NCBI GenBank assembly: GCA_035686805.1
Contig: DASRZD010000208.1
Span: 1-42,304 of the forward strand
Reading direction: 5' to 3'
Length of the DNA stretch: 42,304 nt
Source: Armatimonadota bacterium
GTDB taxonomy: Bacteria > Armatimonadota > UBA5829 > DTJY01
Position numbers and translations under genes: made by a program. Below are positions 1 through 7,465 of the stretch, one piece after another; the first letter of the stretch is position 1; each line of letters begins with the position of its first letter. The notes beneath the pieces were generated by a model. The model worked only from the letters and a program-made list of their open reading frames with translations. It did not search any database and was not told where the DNA came from.

Positions 1-990
1 TTCCCGCAGCACCTCATAGTCGGCCGGAATATGAGAAACCAGTATCTCCCGCGGGATATAGGTTGCATCGCGGTAGTACTGCTTAATGAACTCACCGAGC
101 GCCGTCTCAGCAGTCTCGTCGGTCACTCCATCGAGGAAGAAATGCTCCTCCCCGACCAGCTTCCCCGACCGCACGAACAGGAGCTGCACCACCGCCGAGT
201 TCCCGTTCACACTGATCGCGATCACATCCTGATCCACAAGCTCGACGCTGATGGCCTTCTGCCGCTCGATAACCTTGGTCATCGCCTCGATCTGATCTCT
301 GAGACGCGCCGCCCGCTCGAACTCCAGTTCATCGGACGCCTGGATCATCTCGCCGCGCAGGCGGTCAACCAGCGAATCCCGCCGTCCTTCGAGGAAGAGG
401 CAGGTGTCGTGGACCAATTGGGCGTACTCCTCCCGACCGATCCTCCCTGAGCAAGGCGTATCGCACTGCCCCATGTGGAAGTTCAGGCAGGGCCGATCCT
501 GCTCCTCGCCGGTGAGCTTCTTGTTGCAGCTTCGGATCTTGAAGATCCGCCGAATCATCCGAAGGCTCTCGCGCATTGCCTGAGAGTCGGCGAACGGCCC
601 GAAGTAGCGATTGCCATCCGCCTTAACCCGCCGGGTGACGAGTACTCTTGGGAATGGCTCGGAAGTAGTCACGCAGAGATAAGGGTAGTGCTTGTCATCC
701 CGAAGTCGCACGTTGTACCAGGGGTGGTGCTTCTTGATGAGGTTGCACTCGAGCATGAGCGCCTCGACCTCGCTGCCGGTGACTATCCAGTCAACGTCCT
801 GGACCTTGGACAGCATCATGAGCACTTTGGTCTCATGCGCTTGCCCCTTTTGGAAATACGAGCGCACGCGACTTCGGAGAGACGCCGCCTTGCCGACGTA
901 GATCACCTCGCCGTGCGCATCCTTCATAAGGTACGCGCCCGGATCAGTAGGCAGATGCTTAAGTTTCTCCTTGAGTGCTTCGTCTATCAT
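1..990 (-). CDS. uvrC: Excinuclease ABC subunit C (UvrC), N-terminal 330 aa; the gene runs off the left edge
   Basis: Absent from the ORF track because there is no stop in the window. My reverse-strand translation from ATG 990-988 gives [49 protein letters not shown] (GIY-YIG), then ...[26 protein letters not shown]..., then a UVR-like [17 protein letters not shown]. The frame stays open to base 1. The start overlaps the uvrA 3' end by 32 nt. Confidence 0.93.
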   Translation of the reverse strand, partial: MIDEALKEKLKHLPTDPGAYLMKDAHGEVIYVGKAASLRSRVRSYFQKGQAHETKVLMMLSKVQDVDWIVTGSEVEALMLECNLIKKHHPWYNVRLRDDKHYPYLCVTTSEPFPRVLVTRRVKADGNRYFGPFADSQAMRESLRMIRRIFKIRSCNKKLTGEEQDRPCLNFHMGQCDTPCSGRIGREEYAQLVHDTCLFLEGRRDSLVDRLRGEMIQASDELEFERAARLRDQIEAMTKVIERQKAISVELVDQDVIAISVNGNSAVVQLLFVRSGKLVGEEHFFLDGVTDETAETALGEFIKQYYRDATYIPREILVSHIPADYEVLRE

Positions 991-3898
991 TCAATGTATT
1001 CTTCAGGAACTGTCCTGTGTACGACTTCTCGACCTCGGAAAGCTCCTCGGGCGTTCCGACCGCCACTACTTCCCCTCCTTCATCACCGCCCTCAGGGCCG
1101 AGGTCAATGATGTAATCCGCCATCTTCACCACGTCGAGGTTGTGCTCGATCACCAGCACCGTATTCCCGGCGTCCACGAGGCGATTCAGCACATCCAGCA
1201 GCTTCTCGATGTCGGCGAAATGCAGGCCGGTCGTCGGCTCGTCAAGGATGTAGAGCGTTCGGCCAGTGCCGCGCTTGGACAACTCAGATGCCAGCTTGAC
1301 CCTCTGAGCCTCGCCGCCCGACAGAGTAGTCGCCGGCTGCCCGAGCTTGATGTAATCGAGCCCCACGTCGTGGATTGTCTGCAAGCGTCGGGTGATCGCC
1401 GGTATGTTCTTGAAGAACTCGAGCGCCGTCCCGACCGTCATATTGAGCACATCGCTGATGCTCTTCCCCTTATACTTGATCTCCAGGGTCTCGCGATTGT
1501 ACCGCTTGCCCTTGCAGACCTCGCACGGCACATAGACGTCCGGCAGGAAGTGCATCTCTATCTTGATGATGCCGTCTCCCCGGCAAGCCTCACAGCGCCC
1601 GCCCTTCACGTTGAAGCTGAATCTCCCCGGCGTGTAGCCCCTCACTCGCGCATCGGGCGTGCTGGCGAAGAGGTCCCTGATCTGATCGAATGTCCCGGTA
1701 TACGTCGCCGGGTTCGACCTCGGCGTTCGCCCGATCGGCGACTGGTCAATGTCAATGACCTTGTCAATGTTCTCGACGCCGACTATCTCATCGTGATCGC
1801 CCCAGGACCCGTGGGTACCATGAAGCCGGTACATCAGCCGCGGATAGAGCGTCTCCTGTATGAGCGTGCTCTTGCCCGAGCCCGATACGCCCGTGACGCA
1901 CACGAACGTCCCCAATGGGAATCGGACGTTGATATCCTTCAAATTGTGCTGGCGAGCGCCCTTGATCTCGACGAACTCCTTCGGCTTTCGGCGGCGCTTC
2001 GGAATCTGGATGACCTTCTTGCCGGACAGGTACTGGCCGGTGAGTGATGCCTTCGCCTTGATGATGTCCTTCAGCTTCCCCTCGGCGATGATCCTGCCGC
2101 CGTGCTCCCCTGCCCCAGGGCCCATGTCAATGATGTGGTCGGCCGACAGGATGGTCTCCTGGTCATGCTCGACTACGATCACCGTATTTCCGAGGTCTCG
2201 AAGCCTGTGGAGCGTGCTGATCAGCTTCTTGTTGTCCTTCTGGTGTAGGCCGATGCTGGGCTCGTCCAGGATGTAGATGACCCCCATGAGCCCCGAGCCG
2301 ATCTGCGTCGCCAGCCGAATCCTCTGAGCCTCGCCGCCCGCGAGAGTGGCCGCGGTCCGATCAACCGTCAGGTAGTTCAACCCGACGCTCATCAGGAATC
2401 CGAGTCGCGTCTTAAGCTCCTTGATGATCTGCCGGGCGATGGTATAGTCCCTCTCCGAGAGCACTATCTTGTCGAAAAGCTCGTAAGCCTGCTGAACGCT
2501 CAATGCGCTCACGTGGGAGATGTTCATGTCCTGGATCCCGAATCCTTCGGGACCGTTGATGGTTACTGCCAGGCTCTCGGGCTTCAGGCGGAGGCCCTTG
2601 CAGGCCGGGCAGTTCTTGGTGGCCATGTACTTCTCGACATCCTCTCGCACCATCTGCGATGTGGTTTCCTTATAACGGTCGTTGAGGATGGAGACGATCC
2701 CGTCGTAGGTCGTGTCGAAGCGCCTCATTCGCCCGAAGCGGTTCTTGAATGTAACCGTGATCTTGCCGTCCGCTCCGTTCAGGATGGCATCCCTCTGCTC
2801 TTCGGTAAGGTCCCTCAGTGCCGTGCCGGTCGTGAAACCGTACTTCTCCCCTACCCCCGCAATCAGCCCTCGGAAGTAATCGCTGGTCGTCCTCGATAGA
2901 GGCGCGATCGCCCCGTCGTCAATCGAGAGATCCCAGTCCGGGAGAATCCGCGCCGGGTCGAGCTCCGTGTGAGTGCCGAGTCCGTGGCAGTCCGGGCATG
3001 CGCCATACGGGCTGTTGAACGAGAAGTTCCTCGGGGCGATCTCCTCAAGGCTGATTCCGCATTCCGAGCAGGCGAATTGCTCACTGAAGATCATGGTCAT
3101 TCCGCCCTCTTGCAAGTCGGACTTGTCGGACCCGTCGGACGTGTCGGACAGAACATCAATCCCTACAACGCCCTTGCCCATCTTGAGGGCTGCTTCCAGG
3201 GAGTCGGCGAGGCGTTTCTCAAAGCCTTTCCCGACAGAGTCGGGATCCCGATCCGTCGGGACCTTCACGACGAGGCGGTCAACCACCACGTCAATCCAGT
3301 GCTGCTTATACCGGTCCATCGGGATGTCGTCGGTGACCTCGTAGTTCTGGCCGTCAACCCGCACCCGCACGTAGCCTTCCTTGCGGATGTCCTCGAACAC
3401 CTGGCGATATTCGCCCTTCCGGCCGCGAACTACCGGCGCGAGCACCTGAAACTTCGTATTCTCGGGGAGCGCCATCACTGCGTCAACCATCTGCTCGACG
3501 GTCTGCTGGGTGATCTCCCGCCCGCACTGAGGGCAGTGGGGCTTGCCGATTCGAGCGAAGAGGAGGCGGAGGTAATCATATATCTCGGTCACCGTACCGA
3601 CGGTTGATCGGGGGTTCTTGGTGGTGGATTTCTGGTCAATGGAGACTGCAGGCGACAGGCCCTCGATGTAGTCCACATCGGGCTTGTCCATCTGACCGAG
3701 GAACTGCCGTGCGTAAGCGCTCAGCGACTCCACATAGCGCCTCTGCCCCTCCGCATAGATGGTGTCGAACGCCAGCGAAGACTTCCCCGACCCGGAAATC
3801 CCCGTAATGACAACCATCTTATTCCTGGGGATCTCGAGGTCAATATCCTTGAGATTGTGCTGCCGCGCACCTTTTATGACGATGTATTCGCTATTCAT
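959..3898 (-). CDS. uvrA: Excinuclease ABC subunit A (UvrA)
   Basis: 979-aa ORF with two ABC modules (Walker [13 protein letters not shown] and [10 protein letters not shown]; signatures LSGGEAQRI and LSGGEAQRV). Zn-finger Cys clusters are present (CPQCG, CSECG...[14 protein letters not shown]...CEVCKGKRY). Confidence 0.98.
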   Translation of the reverse strand: MNSEYIVIKGARQHNLKDIDLEIPRNKMVVITGISGSGKSSLAFDTIYAEGQRRYVESLSAYARQFLGQMDKPDVDYIEGLSPAVSIDQKSTTKNPRSTVGTVTEIYDYLRLLFARIGKPHCPQCGREITQQTVEQMVDAVMALPENTKFQVLAPVVRGRKGEYRQVFEDIRKEGYVRVRVDGQNYEVTDDIPMDRYKQHWIDVVVDRLVVKVPTDRDPDSVGKGFEKRLADSLEAALKMGKGVVGIDVLSDTSDGSDKSDLQEGGMTMIFSEQFACSECGISLEEIAPRNFSFNSPYGACPDCHGLGTHTELDPARILPDWDLSIDDGAIAPLSRTTSDYFRGLIAGVGEKYGFTTGTALRDLTEEQRDAILNGADGKITVTFKNRFGRMRRFDTTYDGIVSILNDRYKETTSQMVREDVEKYMATKNCPACKGLRLKPESLAVTINGPEGFGIQDMNISHVSALSVQQAYELFDKIVLSERDYTIARQIIKELKTRLGFLMSVGLNYLTVDRTAATLAGGEAQRIRLATQIGSGLMGVIYILDEPSIGLHQKDNKKLISTLHRLRDLGNTVIVVEHDQETILSADHIIDMGPGAGEHGGRIIAEGKLKDIIKAKASLTGQYLSGKKVIQIPKRRRKPKEFVEIKGARQHNLKDINVRFPLGTFVCVTGVSGSGKSTLIQETLYPRLMYRLHGTHGSWGDHDEIVGVENIDKVIDIDQSPIGRTPRSNPATYTGTFDQIRDLFASTPDARVRGYTPGRFSFNVKGGRCEACRGDGIIKIEMHFLPDVYVPCEVCKGKRYNRETLEIKYKGKSISDVLNMTVGTALEFFKNIPAITRRLQTIHDVGLDYIKLGQPATTLSGGEAQRVKLASELSKRGTGRTLYILDEPTTGLHFADIEKLLDVLNRLVDAGNTVLVIEHNLDVVKMADYIIDLGPEGGDEGGEVVAVGTPEELSEVEKSYTGQFLKNTLNDRRSTQGET
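3116..3149 (-). repeat. In-frame nonamer tandem repeat (NNGTCGGAC x4 on the plus strand) encoding [11 protein letters not shown] inside uvrA
   Basis: Direct reading: gtcggac ttgtcggac ccgtcggac gtgtcggac. It translates on the minus strand to [11 protein letters not shown], in the variable loop just before the conserved FACSECG zinc module. Confidence 0.85.
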
Positions 3899-3907
3899 CG
3901 AACATAT

Positions 3908-3936
3908 ATTCTATCAAGAAAGGGCGTTTTCGTCAA
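3908..3936 (-). promoter_or_regulatory. Putative sigma70 promoter of uvrA (-35 TTGACG, 17-nt spacer, extended -10 TGaTAGAAT); near-leaderless
   Basis: Minus strand reads TTGACG aaaacgccctttcttga TAGAAT atatgttcg ATG. Only 9 nt separate the -10 from the start codon and there is no Shine-Dalgarno sequence. Confidence 0.45.
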
Positions 3937-3964
3937 TCCAAATGAGGGTCGGGATCAAACCACG

Positions 3965-3976
3965 GAGACACAGAGG
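3965..3976. repeat. Left copy of a 12-bp inverted repeat (GAGACACAGAGG) bracketing the TA island
   Basis: Perfect reverse complement of 5380-5391. It lies inside a short local repeat, cacggagacacagaggacacggagg. Confidence 0.7.
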
Positions 3977-3990
3977 ACACGGAGGAAACC

Positions 3991-4019
3991 TTGGGAAATG
4001 ATGAAAACCATGCTATAAT
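3991..4019 (+). promoter_or_regulatory. Putative sigma70 promoter of the mntA-hepT island (-35 TTGGGA, 17 nt, extended -10 TGcTATAAT)
   Basis: ttggga aatgatgaaaaccatgc tataat. A GGAGGA RBS lies 6 nt before the ATG at 4045. Confidence 0.5.
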
Positions 4020-4044
4020 GCAAGCAAGCACTGGAGGAAAGGCG

Positions 4045-4326
4045 ATGGACTCTGCGATCAAGAATGACATAGACACAGCGGCAAAGATACTCCGCGAGGA
4101 GGGGGCGACTGAAGTTTATGTCTTCGGATCGGCCGTGCACGGCAGGATGAGGCCTGATTCCGACATTGATTTCGCAATTCGGGGCCTCCCGCCGGAGAAG
4201 TATTTCCCAACTAGAAGCAAAGTAGGAGAAGCCATCTCCCACCTCTTTGACGTCGTTGATTTGGATGAAGAGAATCCGTTCACCGAGTACATAATCAAGA
4301 AGGGCGGTCTCGTACGTGTGGCCTGA
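4045..4326 (+). CDS. mntA: Minimal nucleotidyltransferase (MNT), MntA-like type VII antitoxin
   Basis: GSx10DxD motif present (VFGSAVHGRMRPDSDIDFAI). ~93 aa when started at the ATG at 4045, which follows a GGAGGA RBS (the ORF track begins at 3991). The 3' end overlaps the downstream HEPN gene by 11 nt. Confidence 0.8.
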   Translation: MDSAIKNDIDTAAKILREEGATEVYVFGSAVHGRMRPDSDIDFAIRGLPPEKYFPTRSKVGEAISHLFDVVDLDEENPFTEYIIKKGGLVRVA

Positions 4327-4774
4327 GACTCGTGAAAGAGCGGAACTTGAGCTTACGCTTCTACGTCGACTGCTTGACACACATCGCTCTTTGCTGGAGA
4401 AGGTCCGGCACTCGGCTCCCAACGATATCGAGTTGAGCGCACTGGCAGCGATACTTCACTCCTTCTATACCGGCATCGAAAGCATCTTCAAGCGCATCGC
4501 CCTGGAGATAGATGATTCGTTCCCATCAGGTGAGTTTTCGCACTCCAACCTGCTTCGCCAAATGACTCAGTCTGCAGACCGCCGACCTGCCGTTATCTCG
4601 GAGGAACTCCGCCGCCGACTGCGCGACTACCTGGACTTCCGCCATGTCTTCCGCCACGCGTATACATTCGAACTGAAATGGCGGAAGATGTCAGACCTGG
4701 TACTCCACTGCGAGGAAACGCTCGATAGCCTTGAATTGGAACTGGGACAGTTTTTCTCACAAGGAAGCTCATAG
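4316..4774 (+). CDS. hepT: HEPN-domain RNase toxin, HepT-like
   Basis: Carries the Rx4HxY motif (DFRHVFRHAY). All-helical, ~150 aa. GTG start overlaps the mntA stop. MNT-then-HEPN is the canonical gene order. Confidence 0.72.
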   Translation: MWPETRERAELELTLLRRLLDTHRSLLEKVRHSAPNDIELSALAAILHSFYTGIESIFKRIALEIDDSFPSGEFSHSNLLRQMTQSADRRPAVISEELRRRLRDYLDFRHVFRHAYTFELKWRKMSDLVLHCEETLDSLELELGQFFSQGSS

Positions 4775-4782
4775 GTGACTTC

Positions 4783-5352
4783 ATGGCACAGATCACCAAG
4801 AGCACTCTGAAGATCATCCTGATTGCCTTCCTTGTGTCGTGGGCGGTCAATTGTTTCATCGTTTTCTTCCTGGTGCTCGGGAGTGGGATTCTGCCGATCC
4901 CCACGGATCTCTTGTTTCTATCAGTCATGCCCGTGAGTCTGATCTGGGTTCTTCTCTTTCTTTCAAAACGAGGCTGGTGGTTGGCTGTGGGTGGGTTAGC
5001 GGCAGCCTTCATATCCTTCTATCTGATAGCTAGGATCTTCATGCATTTCGTTGACACAGGGTACGGTCATGCAAAGGCTAGAGGTGCTAGTATCGCACAG
5101 AAGGTTAGCATCTATCATAAGCAACATGACCGCTGGCCAGAAGACCTTACGGGAGTCGATCTCCCTCCTCTCGATCCAAAGAGAATATCGCCTTACATCT
5201 GTGAGGGCCTATTCCATGATCATGAGGAGAAGGTCGGGGGCTTCTTCGTGTTCTATGAGTTGTCCGAGGGCAAGCCCGTCCTCAAAGTGAGCAGAAGAGA
5301 CATGTCTGCCACGTGGAACTGGGATACGATGAGCTGGCAGAACCAGCGCTGA
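4783..5352 (+). CDS. Hypothetical membrane protein (3-4 N-terminal TM helices plus a ~100-aa soluble C-terminal domain)
   Basis: 189-aa ORF starting 8 nt after the hepT stop, with a GGTGA SD-like motif. Hydrophobic stretches are IILIAFLVSWAVNCFIVFFLVLG, LLFLSVMPVSLIWVLLFL and WWLAVGGLAAAFISFYLIARIF. I recognise no family. Confidence 0.6.
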   Translation: MAQITKSTLKIILIAFLVSWAVNCFIVFFLVLGSGILPIPTDLLFLSVMPVSLIWVLLFLSKRGWWLAVGGLAAAFISFYLIARIFMHFVDTGYGHAKARGASIAQKVSIYHKQHDRWPEDLTGVDLPPLDPKRISPYICEGLFHDHEEKVGGFFVFYELSEGKPVLKVSRRDMSATWNWDTMSWQNQR

Positions 5353-5379
5353 TCCTCTTTCCGTCTGCCCATCAGCCTG

Positions 5380-5391
5380 CCTCTGTGTCTC
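5380..5391. repeat. Right copy of the 12-bp inverted repeat (CCTCTGTGTCTC)
   Basis: Perfect reverse complement of 3965-3976. It lies in the convergent gap between the island membrane gene and the uvrB stop. Confidence 0.7.
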
Positions 5392-5405
5392 TTTCGTGAG
5401 AATTC

Positions 5406-7394
5406 CTACTTGCGTGTAGGGAGGAGCTTTCGGAGGCGTTGGATTTCGTCTCGGAGCTCGGCGGCGTGCTCGAAATTCAACTCTTTCGCTGCGCGCTTCA
5501 TGTCGCGCTCGAGGTCGGCCAGGACGACGAGTATCTGGTCAAGGGGGGTATCCTCGGCGATGGCGGGGCGGACGTTGTAGTAGGCCCTGCTCTCGGCGAC
5601 TTTCTTGGCCTCGATGACATCCCTGACCGCCTTCACCACCGACTCAGGCGTGATGCCGTGCTGCTCGTTGAACTCCTGCTGAATCCCCCGCCTTCGGTTG
5701 GTCTCGGCAATCGCCCGGTGCATCGAGCCGGTGACATCCTGGGCGTACATGATGACCTTCCCCCGCAGGTGGCGCGCCGCCCGGCCGGTGGTCTGGATGA
5801 GCGACGTCTCCGAGCGCAGGAAGCCCTCCTTATCGGCATCCAGGATCGCGTCCAGCGAGACCTCCGGCAGGTCGAGCCCCTCGCGGAGGAGGTTGATGCC
5901 CACGATCACGTCATACACCCCCAGCCTCAGGTCGCGGAGGATCTCGTTCCTGTCGAGCGTGTGGACCTCGGAGTGGAGGTACTGCACCTTGATGCCCATG
6001 TCGAGCAGGTACTCGGTGAGGTCCTCGGCCATCTTCTTGGTGAGCGTCGTGACCAGGATTCGCTCGCCCTGGTCGGTGCGCAGTTTGATCTCCTCGATCA
6101 GGTCGTCAATCTGCCCCTCGGGTGGGCGAATCTCGACCTCCGGGTCAATGAGTCCCGTCGGGCGGATGATCTGCTCGACCATCTGCGCGCTGTTCGCCTG
6201 CTCATAAGGGCCGGGGGTCGCGGAGACGAAGACCACCTGGTTGATGCGGTCAAGGAACTCCTCGAACCTGAGCGGGCGGTTGTCCAGCGCCGACGGCAGG
6301 CGGAAGCCGAAGTCCACGAGCGTATTCTTCCGTGACATGTCACCGGCGAACATCGCGTGGAGCTGAGGGATTGTCTGGTGAGACTCGTCAATAAATAGGA
6401 GGAAGTCGTCCGGGAAGTAGTCGAGGAGGCAGAACGGCGGCGTCCCGGCTGGACGGCCATCGAGGATACGCGAGTAGTTCTCGATCCCCGAGCAATAGCC
6501 GATCTCCTTCATCATCTCCATGTCGTACTTCGTGCGCTGCTCGATGCGCTGAGCCTCAAGCAGCCGATTCTGGCGCTTGTAGTACTCGATCCGCTCCTCA
6601 AGCTCGTGCTCGATCTCGACGAGCGCCCGCTCCATGTTGTCCGCCGAGGTGACGAAGTGAGTGCCCGGGAAGATGGTGACCCGATCCTTGCGCTCCTGGA
6701 TCTCGCCCGTGAGCGGGTCAACGATGGTTATCCGCTCGACCTCATCGCCGAAGAACTCGACTCTGATCACGATCTCCTCGTCCGCCGGCTGGACCTCCAG
6801 CACATCGCCCCGCACGCGGAATGTCGCCCGCTGGAGGGCCATGTCGTTGCGGCTGAATTGCATCCCGATCAGGTGATGGAGGATCTCTTCGCGCTCGTAG
6901 GTCTTGCCAACGTCCAGGGTGAGCATGGTCTTCAGGTATTCGGCCGGCGAGCCCAAACCGTAGATGCACGAAACGCTCGCGACCACCACGACGTCCCGGC
7001 GCTCCAGGACGGCCTGAGTCGCGGAGTGGCGGAGGCGGTCAATCTCATCGTTGATGGACGAGTCCTTCTCGATGAAGGTGTCGGTCTGCGGGATATACGC
7101 TTCGGGCTGGTAGTAGTCGTAATAGCTGACGAAGTACTCGACCGCATTCTCGGGGAAGAACTCGCGGAACTCGCTGCATAGCTGGGCGGCCAGAGTCTTG
7201 TTGTGCGCGATCACCAGGGTCGGCCGCCGGACTTCCTTGATGACGTTCGCCATGGTGAAGGTCTTGCCCGACCCCGTGACCCCAACGAGCGTCTGGAACC
7301 GGTGGCCTCCGTTAAGCCCGTCCGACAATTGCTTTATTGCCTTGGGCTGATCACCCTTCGGCTCGAAATCTGCTACTAGCTTGTACTCACTCAT
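5406..7394 (-). CDS. uvrB: Excinuclease ABC subunit B (UvrB)
   Basis: 662 aa with helicase motif [11 protein letters not shown], a DESH box (FIDESHQT), and a C-terminal UVR domain ([19 protein letters not shown]). Confidence 0.98.
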   Translation of the reverse strand: MSEYKLVADFEPKGDQPKAIKQLSDGLNGGHRFQTLVGVTGSGKTFTMANVIKEVRRPTLVIAHNKTLAAQLCSEFREFFPENAVEYFVSYYDYYQPEAYIPQTDTFIEKDSSINDEIDRLRHSATQAVLERRDVVVVASVSCIYGLGSPAEYLKTMLTLDVGKTYEREEILHHLIGMQFSRNDMALQRATFRVRGDVLEVQPADEEIVIRVEFFGDEVERITIVDPLTGEIQERKDRVTIFPGTHFVTSADNMERALVEIEHELEERIEYYKRQNRLLEAQRIEQRTKYDMEMMKEIGYCSGIENYSRILDGRPAGTPPFCLLDYFPDDFLLFIDESHQTIPQLHAMFAGDMSRKNTLVDFGFRLPSALDNRPLRFEEFLDRINQVVFVSATPGPYEQANSAQMVEQIIRPTGLIDPEVEIRPPEGQIDDLIEEIKLRTDQGERILVTTLTKKMAEDLTEYLLDMGIKVQYLHSEVHTLDRNEILRDLRLGVYDVIVGINLLREGLDLPEVSLDAILDADKEGFLRSETSLIQTTGRAARHLRGKVIMYAQDVTGSMHRAIAETNRRRGIQQEFNEQHGITPESVVKAVRDVIEAKKVAESRAYYNVRPAIAEDTPLDQILVVLADLERDMKRAAKELNFEHAAELRDEIQRLRKLLPTRK

Positions 7395-7395
7395 A

Positions 7396-7437
7396 CAACT
7401 TCAATCTGCAATCTGAAATCTGCAATCTGAAATTGTA
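7396..7437 (-). repeat. Heptanucleotide tandem repeat in the uvrB 5' leader (CAGATTG-type, 4 good units plus degenerate flanks)
   Basis: Minus strand reads cagattg cagattt cagattg cagattg aagttgt ATG. The array fills the space between the -10 and the start codon, and no SD is visible. Confidence 0.85.
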
Positions 7438-7465
7438 TTATACTCTAAAATCCGCCGGAGCCCAA
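7437..7465 (-). promoter_or_regulatory. Putative uvrB promoter (-35 TTGGGC, 17 nt, -10 TATAAT) overlapping the end of the upstream OMP gene
   Basis: Minus strand reads TTGGGC tccggcggattttagag TATAAT. The TAG stop of the 7445-9469 gene lies inside the spacer. Confidence 0.4.

Noticed and set aside
31-1110. Plus-strand ORFs (31-450, 475-1110, 692-901) at the left edge
   Set aside because: They lie antisense to a clear UvrC reading frame that is open from 990 to base 1. Their products are Arg/His/Pro/Leu-rich with no motifs. They are shadow ORFs typical of GC-rich DNA.
7396-7437. Possibility that the short tandem arrays (here and at 35124, 36311 and 41855) are CRISPR arrays
   Set aside because: The units are 7 nt and directly abutting, with no spacers. 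The total length is under 75 nt, and no cas genes are present in the window.
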